NCBI RefSeq assembly: GCF_006345805.1
Contig: NC_042997.1
Location: 15,190,001 to 15,254,000 of the forward strand
From: Octopus sinensis
Lineage: Eukaryota
Length of the DNA stretch: 64,000 bases
Reading direction: 5' to 3'
A program made the translations under genes and the position numbers. Within the stretch, counting starts at the first letter, position 1; every line of letters starts with the position of its first letter. Positions 22,281 through 34,865 of the stretch are shown piece after piece. The notes below the pieces were generated by a model that was not told the DNA's origin, ran no database searches, and saw only the letters and a program-made list of their open reading frames with translations.

Positions 22281-24253
22281 ACTGACATCCATCACTTCTA
22301 CTCTCTTACTAATACCCATCTTCACTACTGTCCATTATTTACTCTCTCATACACATAAATCCCTCCTCTATCACTCTGGCTCCCCTTTTATCATACTGGT
22401 GCAGGTGAAGAAAATGATAACATATAGAGAGGACACTATAGTCCTATCAGAGACAAAACATCTCCAGGGCTTGTGCCACAAAAAAAAAAAAAAGCTCTCC
22501 CCACCCTTTGTAGACTTGCTAAAGACATCCAGTCAAAGGAACCATGCCAAATACAGAACATACAAAAGAGACATGGTCTCTGATTCATTTAGGTAAGCTG
22601 TAACTTTGAATAAGAACTGGCTTGGTCCATGGTAATCCATCTAATCCATGCCAAAATCGAAAACTGAATGATGATGATGATGATGATGGTGATGATAAAA
22701 AGCAGTATTTTGAAAGAAAAAAAAAACGTTTTTCCTCTGAGTGAGAAAAAGTGCTGTAAAAGAAATGTCTCTGGTGAGTGAAAATGAATAGAAGTTTACT
22801 GTAACTAGCTATAGCTACTTGTAATAGATTAGAATCACTTGAATAACTTGATGAGTGATAATATGATAACATTTAGTGAGAGATATGTATGGAACCTTTA
22901 GGCATCTATTATCATCTGTAAGCCTTAAGGAACTCTATAATGGTGTTTAAGACATTAAATATCTCCCCCCAGACAGAATTCTGGTTCTAACAAATAGCAT
23001 TCCCAGATAAACTGGTACTTATTGCTGATAGTGAGATGAAATGGAGCGTGAAAAATTGAATATATTGCCCAAAGACACAAAGAACAGTTTGCTTTGGATT
23101 TGAACTTATGAACTCTGAGCTGATTAATCTATATCATATCAACTATCAACTCAACTGTTAAAAACCAAAAACGAAAAAAGAAAAATAGCTTTACGGTGTT
23201 TTGTAATGCTACAGGCAGAGAAATATGTTTAATAAAAGTAAAAATACTTGTAGCAGGCAGAAAGCCATAGAGATGAGAGTGATAAGTTGGATGTGCTAGG
23301 TAAACATGGGAGAAGTGCAAATGAGCTGAGAAATGTGTTTGGAAATTGAAGATATTTGTTGATGCATGCAAGAGAAAAGTCTGCATTTATATCACTAAAT
23401 GATGAGAGTGATGTTAGCGAGATGAGAAATATTGATTTTTTTTTTTTACATTGACATGAAGCTGCACATGTGCAGAAGAGGTGGTAGGTGTGTGTGTGTG
23501 TGTGTGTGTGTAGGCAATTGAATTTACATCATTACATGGCATGACTAGTATTGTGTTTATTGATCCTAGAATGAAGAAAAACAAAGTCGACCTTCTTTAC
23601 AAGGATTTGAACCCAGAACACAGAAATAAGCTTATTTTTGGTTAAAACATTTGATTTAGTCTAGAGCTCAGCTGTTTCTGTTGTTCAACAACGGGTCTAA
23701 TAGGATGAGAAATATTGAAAGCTAGAGTCACTAAGTATATGAGCAAACTGAAACAACTTGAGACACGGTATTTCAAACGTGCCCCCTATCCTTTAATATT
23801 TGATAAAGGAAATGTCAAAGGGTAAGGGAAGACAGGGACGGGTTAGGAAAAGCTTTTCTGTAAATCTTGCAACACAAATGACTGTTAAATTACAATAAGG
23901 ATGACGATCAAAGAAATAATGCCAGCTAAATTTATAAAAGAGTTGATCTTAACATGATGAGAAAACCAACAAAAACTGTCAATGTAAACCACAATGATAA
24001 AAAGAATAGAAAGTCTAAAAGAAAGTGAATAAAAATTGAAGTAATTAATTCCATACTGTGTCTCTGGATATGCAACAAAACTTGGCTTTTCTTCTATTCA
24101 CATGAAAACAAGAGAGCACTTTTCATTCATCTTGACAATAATTCCAATCGGAAATAATCAACAACATGAAAGCATCTTTAGAATGTGAGAATAGAAAACC
24201 TTGTAATAGGCTTGCGCTAAGTTGTTCAGTAGCATTTCAAAGATTAATCTTAC

Positions 24254-24264
24254 TCAAATAAGCA
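24254..24264 (-). other. Candidate 11-nt micro-exon (TGCTTATTTGA)
   Basis: Strong acceptor ttttcttgctttcttaaccttAG and donor GA|GTAAGA, flanked by several hundred bp of unique non-repeat sequence. Confidence 0.3.
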
Positions 24265-24594
24265 CTAAGGTTAAGAAAGCAAGAAAAATACATTGGAATA
24301 AAAAAAAATTACATGCCAATAAAAAAAATTAATGACAAAAAAAAAAAAAAAAAACTATATCAATTTTATAAATTTACGCAAGAAAATGAATTTACAGAAA
24401 AGGTATTTTACAAAACAAATACATTTACCACACATACACACACACACACACACCCTGGAATAATTAAAACAAAGTGTATAGTTAATCAATAGTCGTGAAA
24501 TTAAAATGATTTTCTTGCATAGGCACATGACCTCATATAAAAAGAGAAAATGTGACAGCGAATTCTTCATGCTTGTCACATGCATTTTCATTTA

Positions 24595-25057
24595 TCATCC
24601 CATCATCATTTAACGTCCGCTTTCCATGCTGGCATGGGTTGGACGATTTGACTGAGGACTGGCGAACCAGATGGCTGCACTAGGCTCCAATCTGATCTTG
24701 CAAGGTTTCTACAGTTGGATGCCCTTCCTAACGCCAACCACTCCGAGAGTGTAGTGGGTGCTTTTATGTGCCAGTCAGGTGGTACTGGCAATGGCCACAC
24801 TCAAATGGTGCTTTTTTACGTGCCACCTGCACAGGAGCCAGTCCAGCGGCACTGGTAACGACCTCGCTCAAATATTTTTACACGTGCCAGCAGCACAAAT
24901 GTCAGTAAGGCGATGCTGGTAGCGATCACGCTTGAATGGCGCTTTTTATGTGCCAGCGGAACGGAAGCCAGTCAGCTGCTCTAGCAACGATCACACTCGG
25001 ATGGTGCTCTTACTGCTCCACTAGTACGGATGCCAGTCATCGAATTTGATTTTGATT
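24595..25057 (-). mobile_element. RTE LINE 3'-UTR copy with about 5 internal units
   Basis: catcatcatttaacgtccgctttccatgctggcatggg... through atcgaatttgattttgatt. Confidence 0.85.
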
Positions 25058-25136
25058 TCAAAACTTGCTTGCAAGTGATGGCTCTAGCTTTTGATCTAAG
25101 TGTGTGTGTGTGTGTGTATGCATACTTGCATGCATG

Positions 25137-25176
<40 letters not shown>

Positions 25177-25298
25177 CACACACACTTACATACATATATA
25201 CATGCATGCAAGTATGCATATGCATGCAAGTATGCATACGCATGCACACACACACACACAGATCAAAAGCTAGGGCCATTACTTGCAAGCAAGTTTGA
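25058..25298. repeat. ~240-bp imperfect palindrome (fold-back) with a microsatellite core
   Basis: tcaaaacttgcttgcaagtgatggctctagcttttgatct...(GT)n on the left is the reverse complement of (CA)n...gatcaaaagctagggccattacttgcaagcaagtttga on the right. Confidence 0.9.
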
Positions 25299-25398
25299 TT
25301 TGATAGCAGGTACCATGCTTTCACTAATTGCATAAGGTACCTCTGTAGATGTGGACAGACACAGGCACATTCCTGGCCCTCTCACTTGACTTAGTGGA

Positions 25399-25417
25399 AT
25401 GCTGAGAACATGACAGC

Positions 25418-25475
<58 letters not shown>

Positions 25476-25537
25476 GAGAGGGAGAGAGAGAGTGAGAGAG
25501 AGAGTGAGAGAGAGAGTGAGAGAGAGAGAGAGTGAGA
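25399..25537. repeat. (GA)n homopurine microsatellite
   Basis: About 140 bp of GA repeats with few interruptions. Confidence 0.95.
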
Positions 25538-26016
25538 GGTGCGGCTGTACCAGCACTTAACTGGTATTCATTTTCAAGTGGAATGTGAAATTAAGTACTT
25601 TGTTCAAGGACATAACATTCCACTTGATCCAGGAATTGAACCCATGATACACAAATGTATGTAAAACTTAGTAGTTAGAGTGATGGAGTCATAATTAAAA
25701 GATCACAAGTCGGATTCCATGAATGGGTGGTGCATCATATCCTTGAGCAAGGGAGTTAAACTTCATTGCTCCAGTTTACTCAGTTGTAAATAAGTAGCAG
25801 TCAAGTGCTGGTGCAGGCCTCTCTCCCTCCAGCTGTCACATCCTCGATACTCAACTGGGTCAAAAGGTGAGATGGCCAAGAGGGTATCTATGTCCATTTG
25901 CAGCTACATGGGAACCTAACATAATTAGTAAAAACATGGTACATGCTACCAAGCTACACTTAAGAATGATGGTTTTAGCTTTTTTGTATACTTGTATGTA
26001 TGCGTGTATGTACCTA

Positions 26017-26245
26017 TTTCTTTACTACCCACAAGGGGCTAAACACAGAGAGGACAAACAAGGACAGACATAGGTATTAGGTCGATTACATTGACCCCAG
26101 TGCGTAACTGGTACTTGATTTATCGACCCCGAAAGGATGAAAGGTAAAGTCGACCCCGGCGGAATTTGAACTCAGAATGTAACGGCAGACGAAATACAGT
26201 TACGCATTTCGCCCGGCGTGCTAACGATTCTGCCAGCTCACCGCA
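26017..26245 (-). mobile_element. tRNA-derived SINE, working family C, with a 17-bp TSD
   Basis: Core cctttcatcctttcggggtcgataaatcaagtaccag; TSD atgcgtgtatgtaccta at 26000-26016 and 26246-26262. Confidence 0.9.
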
Positions 26246-27059
26246 ATGCGTGTATGTACCTACTTTTGTGTGTGTGCGTACGTGTGCATGGATGCACATG
26301 AAATAAAGAAAGCGACAATCAGTCTATGCAGTTGATGCCAAATATATCAAAGTGTAAATAATGAAAGTAATAACAAATCAGAGCGGAATGGAAAGTCAGT
26401 TCTAATTTCTGAAACATGCTTAATAACAGAGACAAACCAAAGTTAAAGCTTTCAATCTTTATTATTTTATTGAAGGCAATAAAGTGTGATAGAACTGAAT
26501 TTCCTAAAGCACTAAGTAGATAATTTGGTTTGGAAACCAAGAAAGATAAAAATGAATACAGACATAAGGAATTTGATGTTATCCCTTAGGATAGTATCTG
26601 TATTATTTACGAGCCAGCAAATGTGCGCACACAATTGTTCATGCATGATTACATACACACACACACACACACAAAGCTATGTGAGGTACAAATGGTAGCC
26701 AAACATCCCTGAAATTACAAACCACCATTTACAAAAAATAAAGCCATTAACTTTTGGCCTACCAGTGTATCACATGTGATACACAAGACACATTTCACTG
26801 GCATCCATTTGATGTTTGACTATTTACAAATAGAGGACTCCACATAGCCATTCAACGTGCCAGAAATAGCCATCAAATATTCCTCAAATAAGAACCAGTT
26901 GTTTCAAAAAGATAACACTGGATAATTGAGATCCACAGCTACTTAACAAAAACAAAAAAAACCTGAATAGGTTATGGTTGGAATGGTTTTGTTCAAAAAT
27001 CTACTGGCAGTGGTGGTGGTCATGGTGCTATAGTACAATAGCAACAAAATACAACAGTC

Positions 27060-27490
27060 ACCCTGTGTGGCTATGTGGTAAGAAGTTTGCTTCTCAACCT
27101 TATGGTTCCAAGTTCAAACCTACTGTATGGCTCCTAGGGCAAGTGTCTTCTATAGAAGCAGGCTAACTAAAGCCTTGTAAATGAATTTGGTAGATGGAAA
27201 CTGAAAGAAGCTCATCATAATATATGTATATGATGTCTGTTATTGTCTCCTTGCCTAGACAGCACCTAATAGTTGTAAACAAGTGCCACCATCATGCATG
27301 TGGTGGCCTCCCGTTTTCAATCTATTGTGAAAATGGGTCTGGTCAAGGGGAAATACTGCCTAACTTAGAAAAAGACATGGGTTGACAACAGGAAGAGCAC
27401 CCAGCCATAAAAAATCTGTCTCAACAGATTCCATCTGACTTGTATAAGCATTGAATAGTAAAATGTTAAAGGAATGATGATGATGATGAT
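27060..27490 (+). mobile_element. Older SINE, working family E (family-A-like head + RTE-UTR-like tail)
   Basis: ggctatgtggtaagaag...gatggaaactgaaagaagc head followed by aggaagagcacccagccataaaaaatctg...gttaaaggaatgatgatgatgat. Confidence 0.7.
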
Positions 27491-27893
27491 AATGATCCTA
27501 TTTATTTGTCCAGAATCTATGAAACTGTGTAAGTGTTAATTAATTGCTTCTATCAGAGGGAATACAGCAATAATCTATAAAAGACCCAATAAATACAAAT
27601 TGGTCAGCTGGATCTGTGCCATGTTTTCTAAATGACAAACAAAAGAACTTTATCAACAGAATTTCTTTTTATTTAATAATTTGTTATCAAAGAGATCAAT
27701 ATTTTTGACATAAATGCTATCACTATTAAAGGGCAGTAGATTGCAGAATCAGATTAAATGTTTTACAGAATTTAGTTAGATTCTGAGTTCAATGCCCATC
27801 GGAGCCTAATTTGTGCTTTATCTTTCCAGAGTTGATAAAGTAAATAATAATTATTATTATCATTAATAATATTGTAATAATAATAATAATAAT

Positions 27894-28462
27894 GTTGGAA
27901 CCTACATACATTGGAAGCTATGCCAACATTATGGAATAACAACAGAAAAAAGATGGTATAGGCACACACTAGAAAAGGTCACAGAAAACAAGAAAGCAAC
28001 CATACTCTGGGATATGCCGATACACACAGATAGAGAAATTAAGGCCAACAGACCAGATATAGTTGTCAGAGATCATGCAGAAAAAAAATGCTTTCTAATT
28101 GATGTATCAATACCGGCAGATGACAACGTGTCTCTAAAAGAAATGGAGAAACTTTCAAAATACAAAGACCTGGAAATAGAGGTAACTCTAATGTGGAATC
28201 TAAAAACAGAAACAATTCCTATCATAGTAGGTGCATTAGATATGATAAAAAGATATCCAGACAAATACATAACAAAAACACCAGGACTTACAAATATATA
28301 ACATACAGAAAATTGCACTACTAGGAACTGCACACATCCTATGCAAAACACTTTCAATACTGTAACCATCAGAGCATCACAGCAAACCACAGCACATACT
28401 GAAGGCACACAGAGCAGCACTTGGTAGTGCAGTGAAAGCACGTGATAAAAATAGGATTACTG
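27894..28462 (+). mobile_element. R4/Dong-clade non-LTR element, 3' fragment (restriction-like endonuclease) within (TAA)n
   Basis: YIHWKLCQHYG...ILWDMPIHTDREIKANRPDIVV...LIDVSIP...EKLSKYKDLEIE...IPIIVGALD...QKIALLGTAHIL; (AAT)n on both flanks. Confidence 0.88.
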
Positions 28463-29598
28463 AATAATAATAATAAATAATTATGGACTCTCCCATCAAA
28501 GATGATTATGAGTACAGTTTTTCTTTTGCTGAATGACCTGCACAAATGATTTGTTTATAGTGATTAAATGTATATGCTGTACATTAGTTCACTCCCTCCA
28601 TCAAATCGACATTGGCTGAAGAGATGCACAGTATGCCACCGAGCAGCATGAGATGAAGTGTTTTGCTCAGAAACACAATGCACTGCCTGGTCTAAGAATT
28701 GAAACCATGATCTCGTGATTATTAGTGCAACACTCTAACCACTAGACCATGTGCCCTCCTTTAATAATAATAATATTCCTTTCTACTATAGGCATAAGGC
28801 CTGAAATTTGAGGAGTGGAGTCAGTCGATTACATTGATCCCAGTGCTCAACCAGTGCTTATTTTATCAACCTCGAACAGATGAAAGGCAAAGTGGACCCA
28901 ATAATAATGATATCCATGATTATTTATTGATCCTAGTGAAGTACTGCGATCAATAAAAATCAACATGGTTTTAGGTTTGATTCTATTGTGTGGTGCCTTT
29001 GATAGACAGGAACTGTTGAGAAGCCTGTTCCTGTTCTTGTATGGCAGACTCAATCTATTGTCACCTAACCCCTGTGCATTTGGGCCTAACTTCTTAGTCC
29101 CAGTCTCAGAGGCCCTAAAAAATTTCATGGGCACTACATTTCTTCATCTGACATAACAGATGATTCACGCATGCAAATGCATAATTTTTAAGACTCCTAT
29201 GCGTGTAGTCATAGTAAGGTGTGTAAAATCTGCTTCCTATAATATTCACATCCAGCCAATATCAACCGTATACAGTTGGAGACCTGCTCAAATTTATGGT
29301 ATGGATTTAATCACATGATTGTCCATCTGATTACACACATACGTATGGATATACAGAAGCATGTCCATGCATATGCATGGACTCATATGCAAATGCTTGG
29401 TTGTAAATTTATTGTTACTATAATATTTAATTCAACAGTTCTTAATAATTATTATTGATAGTATTCATCATCATCATAATTAATGTCTTTCTTCTGCCAT
29501 GCATGTATGTTTGTACATGTGTAAATATATGTGTATGTGTGTTTATATTTATATGTGTGTGCATGAGTGTGTGAATAAACATACATATATATATATAA

Positions 29599-29630
<32 letters not shown>

Positions 29631-29755
29631 CACATGTGTGTATATGTGTATGTGTGTGTATATATACACACACACATACACATATAGTTTGTGGATTAAC
29701 CTCCAAATCTGAAATGCTTTATTTAAAAAACTGGAAAGCTTTATTTAAAAAATTA

Positions 29756-29809
29756 ATAACAACAATAATAATAATAATAATAATAATAATGATAATAATA
29801 ATAATAATG

Positions 29810-29858
<49 letters not shown>

Positions 29859-29907
29859 CAACAACAATAATAATAATAATAATGATAATAATAATAATAA
29901 TAACAAC

Positions 29908-29975
<68 letters not shown>

Positions 29976-30015
29976 CAATAATAATAATATAATGATAATA
30001 ATAATATATAATAAC

Positions 30016-30077
<62 letters not shown>

Positions 30078-30090
30078 TAAAGATAAAAAT
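29756..30090. repeat. Long interrupted (AAT)n microsatellite
   Basis: About 335 bp of AAT with GAT/AAC variants; source of the poly-I/L/Y ORFs in the track. Confidence 0.97.
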
Positions 30091-31817
30091 AAAAATAAAT
30101 AGAAAACAAATTTGAACAGGAACTATTGAACTGAAATTAATGTATCTTTGGGCATGTACATAGATATGCATTTTCTATGGATAGAATAGTATTATGTTTA
30201 TTTTTATTTTCTCCTTTCTGGCTATGTTAGTGAGCAGAACAGTAGCGATATATGCAGAAGAGAATAGGAGAATAAGTCATGATCGATAGATCGATCGAAG
30301 AAACTGAACTACAAAGAAAAACGTCCGACAGCAATGGTTATGAAGTAAAAAGCAAATCCCGCTTTAATACACAGACTATCAAAGTGATGTTGCACATATG
30401 TATGTGTGTATGCATATGTGTGAGCGTGTTCATGTGTGAGTATGCATGTGTGTGTATGCGTTTGTGCACCGAGAGAATTGATGGATATTGAGTAAATCAT
30501 TTTTCTAAGACCATCACAACATATGTGTGTCCAACAAGAATACATGCTTACAAAAGAGAAAAAGATGCATGCAACTGTGTGTGTGTTTAAATGATTATTC
30601 ATATAATATATGCATGAGGAGAGAGTGAATTCATGTGTCTGTGCATACCTATACTATGAGCAAGGATATGCATGCATGCAGCTGTGTATAAGGTATTATA
30701 TTATGATCACAAACATTCCAGATATGACCACTCTGCCTTTTAGGCAAGAATGTAGCTTAGATTACATTATCTAATTTGTCCTACATTTTTCAAGACAGCA
30801 GATACTGAAAACAGTTTGGCTGTTATTTCTAGCAGATTGAACAACTATATAGAAGCATTTTTTTCACTGGCTCCTAGAAGAGGCTCCCTCATTATGCTGT
30901 TTGCTGTTGTTGCTTTTCTTTAGCCCCAGGTCAGCTCTAATCATGCAGTCTTCTTATGACATACAGGTATAATCAGCTGGATGATAAAAACACAACAGCC
31001 CCCACCCCAGCTTCTAGTTACATCATGTCTTCAGTAACTGAGGATCATACTGCATTATACAACAAGTAGCAATGAAACACATGAGGTGCAGTGTGACAGT
31101 CTTACATATTGCACTCTCTCCACTGTTTAGTATTTATTTCTGCATATCCATAGATTCTGACAGTGGCTGTAGCAGAGACAAAACAAGGTAGTCGTAGTCA
31201 GTGTGAAACAGTTGCAGTTTCTATGCACTTCCTGTTGGTGGTGTGCATCCCCAGCAATGCATTTGGGACAAGTGAGGCTATTGATGTTGCAGTAATTTCT
31301 GTTTTGTGTATTCTTTTTTCTTGAGCTGAATGGGAGAGAAAATATTATTAAAATAATGTAGTTGGTATTCTGGTATTTTGTGCATGTCTGGGTCATTTCT
31401 TTAGTTTTTTCCTTTCTTTTATATCATATCATGGACTATGAGTGTTGAAGATGACAGCAACAAACTGTGCCAACTGCATATCCAGGGAGTCATTAATTTT
31501 TAATAATTTGTCTCACTGTGTAAAGTGGCCAGAAGGTGTAGTGTGTGAACATACTGTTATGAATGCACAGAGAACTGTTTTGTGTTCTTTGTAGTTTGTT
31601 ATGGTTTGTTGCTGAGAAACAAGGTAATGTACAGGTAAGGACTGCCACAATCCATGATGGATCCAAATGCATTGTTTGTTCACCATTGTTGCTGTTGGCC
31701 AGATATGGTATATGTGGTTGCTCAAAATATGTTTGTGTGTAGTTTTGTCTTCTTTACTATGTTACCTATGTGCTGTGAATGTTATAGAAGATTTGTATTT
31801 AGCAGTGAGCATTTTAA

Positions 31818-32037
31818 CCCTTTAGCTTTCAGATTACTCTGTCAAATGTAAAGCCTGTTTAATCACATTGTTTTAAATTAATTGTACAGCATCTTGTAAC
31901 TCTGAGATTTTGATGATGTCCCTGTTTATCTTTAGAACGACTTTGTAGGGTAGGTGTGAGAGGTCAGAGCTGGCTGGTTTGAGCATAAAACAGGAAGACA
32001 ATTTTGGCCTGGTTTGGCAGGTTTAAACACTAAAGGG
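31818..32037. mobile_element. piggyBac-like MITE, family 1 (220 bp), TTAA TSD
   Basis: TTAA(31814-31817)-CCCTTTAG...CTAAAGGG-TTAA(32038-32041). Confidence 0.85.
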
Positions 32038-32667
32038 TTAATCTGTTTGTGTGGGATGTGTGTGTTGTTTAGTGTAAAGGTTAATTGTACTTGATGAGCT
32101 CTGGTGTAGCTGATAAGAAATGAGACCGTGGGTTTTAATAGGTGTACTTTAACCCCTTTGTTACCATATTTCTATGGAACTACGCTGCCTTTGTTTCATT
32201 TAATTTTGAAAATGAGGAAGAATTTATAAAATAACTTAGTCATTATTTAAAATGACATTTGGAAAATAAATTAACAAGAAATTTTGATGGAAGCATTTTA
32301 GACCAGGAAGTGTGTGTGTGTGATAGAAACAGGGGTAATTTCAGGTGGTTTGGTATCAGGTTAAGCCTGTTGTGAAACCAAGTTTCTATGTGATTTACAT
32401 AGGGTTGAAGTAGTTGTGAAACCATACCTGGTGACAGAGAGAAAGGTGTTATGTCAACTGCATATAAGGTTGTCTGTAGATTTCATGGATGTGTGGAAAA
32501 GTTGGGTCGGTTTAGATAGAAGAAAATGAGAGAGAAGATGGATCTCTTGATATTCTATTCAGGAAATTTCAGGTTTTGGAAGTGTTATTCTTGCATTTGA
32601 GCAACCTGATCTGTAGCATGCTAGTTAGCACTTTGTGCTGTATCTTAAGATGTAGTTCAGTATTTTT

Positions 32668-32887
32668 ATTTCTTTATTGCCCACAAGGGGCTAAACATAG
32701 AGGGGACAAACAAGGACAGACAAAGGGATTAAGTCGATCACATCAACCCCAGTGCGTAACTGGTACTTGATTTATCGACCCTGAATGGATGAAAGGCAAA
32801 GTCGACCTCGGTTGAATTTGAACTGAGAACGTAACAGCAGACGAAATACCGCTAAGCATTTCGCCTGGCGTGCTACTGATTCTGCCA
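32668..32887 (-). mobile_element. SINE family C with a 14-bp TSD
   Basis: TSD agttcagtattttt at 32654-32667 and 32888-32901. Confidence 0.88.
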
Positions 32888-33099
32888 AGTTCAGTATTTT
32901 TGAATGAATGAATAGTGGGGAATGAAACTGGAAGTAGTGTTGCTGTTGATGGTAGTAAGAATGGTATAAATGGAAAGTTTTTGCTGTTGACAACTTCATG
33001 TATTTGATGTGCTTGTGAGCAGTATGGTGGTTGAGTGTAATGTTCTGAATGCATGTTGTGATAGAGAGAGGAAAATGTATAGACTAATGATATCAACGA

Positions 33100-33500
33100 T
33101 TAGTCATTCTATAATTTTTGAGGGTGTACATCTATCATTACTTCACTTAGGTTTTTGCTGAACTTTATAGAATTGTTATAATTTTGTCCAGCTTCCAGGT
33201 TCTGGGAATTTGACAATGTTGGTAGGAGTTGCAGAAGTTGGCGAGTGCAGTTATTCATTGATTGATGCATGTTTTGTGGTGGCAACTGATAAGCAATCCA
33301 AAGAAAGATGGGAAATTGTTTACCAAGAAATGGTGGAAGTAGTTGTGTGGAACAGAATGTGATATCTGAAGAACTGTTGTAGTTGTCATGGTGAACAAGC
33401 TGAAGGTTTATGCAGCTTGGAAACATGAATAATGCCTGTCAAATGAGATGTCTTTGCAAAATCTAATTCATCACACTGGAAGACGAAGTCACCAACTTTG
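33100..33500 (-). mobile_element. Decayed LINE APE-endonuclease remnant (possibly I/Nimb-like)
   Basis: HHDNYNSSSDITFCSTQLLP resembles the S..DITF.S motif near the APE C-terminus; heavily degraded. Confidence 0.35.
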
Positions 33501-34369
33501 TGGTCCTAGGCGGAAGAGGATATAAGACCATATCTGCAATGCTCAATGAATTGCGATGACTTGGTTGTGTGCACAACATGAATTAAGGTCACATCCTTAA
33601 GGATCTACTGTATTGCCAGCTTGAATGCAAATCATGATCAACAAGCAGTCACTACTAGAGATAAAGAGAGATGCATGCAAAAGAGACCTCAATTTAACAA
33701 ATATTGAAGTAGTCATGGAAGAAGTAGATTGAACCAGTTAACCTGGAGATATACTGTAAAAACATAGGTGAAAAATGAAAGGTCAATTAAAATCAGTTTT
33801 GGGCAGTAAAAAGACAGTCTTTATCTGAAGTGATTGCAATAAGAACTGTCACTCTTAAATTACATGATGTGCTAACATAATGGGGGACATTGGATAAGAG
33901 AGAGAGAGAGAAAGAGAAGGAAAAGAAATTTCCATTTAAGATGGCTAGAGACCAATGAAATGACAGTGTGAAAAGATGCAGGTATATTGTGCATATATGG
34001 TGGAGAATGCTATACACTTATATAAATATGCAATGTGAATATGTGGAAGAATGTAAAGAAGAGATTGAGTGTCTGTGTAACTGGGTGTGAGGGAAAGAGA
34101 GAAAAAAAAGAGACAGAGTGGAAGAAATTATCAGAGAAAATAAAAGTAGAAAGTGTCAAGAAAGAGTGAAAATACATAATGTATGGGAGCTCAAGATGTA
34201 GTAAAATAATCTGGAGAAGGATAATTGTGTTATTGTTTAGACCCTGGCCGAGGAAACAGACATACAATTAAAGGCTTTCCAGCACTGACTATCCTATCTT
34301 TTTATTTTTTTGTACAGTGAATCCAAGACATGATGCAGTATGTCCTTTTAAGTAGGTATAGTGTAATTT

Positions 34370-34600
34370 AGGGCAGCAAACTTGCAGAAACGTTAGCACG
34401 CTGGGCGAAATGCGTAGCTGTATTTCGTCTGCCGTAACGTTCTGGGTTCAAATTCCGCCGAGGTCGACTTTGCCTTTCATCCTTCCGGGATCGATAAATT
34501 AAGTACTAGTTACACACTGGAGCCGATATAATCGACTTAATCCGTTTGTCTGTCCTTGTTTGTCCTCTCTGTGTTTAGCCCCTTGTGGGTAGTAAAGAAA
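34370..34600 (+). mobile_element. SINE family C with a 17-bp TSD
   Basis: TSD taggtatagtgtaattt at 34353-34369 and 34601-34617. Confidence 0.9.
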
Positions 34601-34865
34601 TAGGTATAGTGTAATTTGAGAGAGATTTGGCTACTATTTCTCACAAGTCAAACAAACCATGTAGATGTTCCTTTATTGGCTTGTGGATGTTTTCTGTGTG
34701 GGTTAGTTATCCTCATTATTTTCAAAACTAATTATCAACTGAACTTCATTTAAGCTCCACCAATCCAAGAGTATGATTAGTTAAGCTATAAATTTACTTT
34801 TGGCCAGATATTAGAAAAGGGAACATAAAATTTAATCACGTTTTGATTACCAAACCTTACAAAGA

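Noticed and set aside
29600-30171. Long poly-Ile/Leu/Tyr ORFs (up to 150 aa)
   Set aside because: Translations of the (AAT)n microsatellite.
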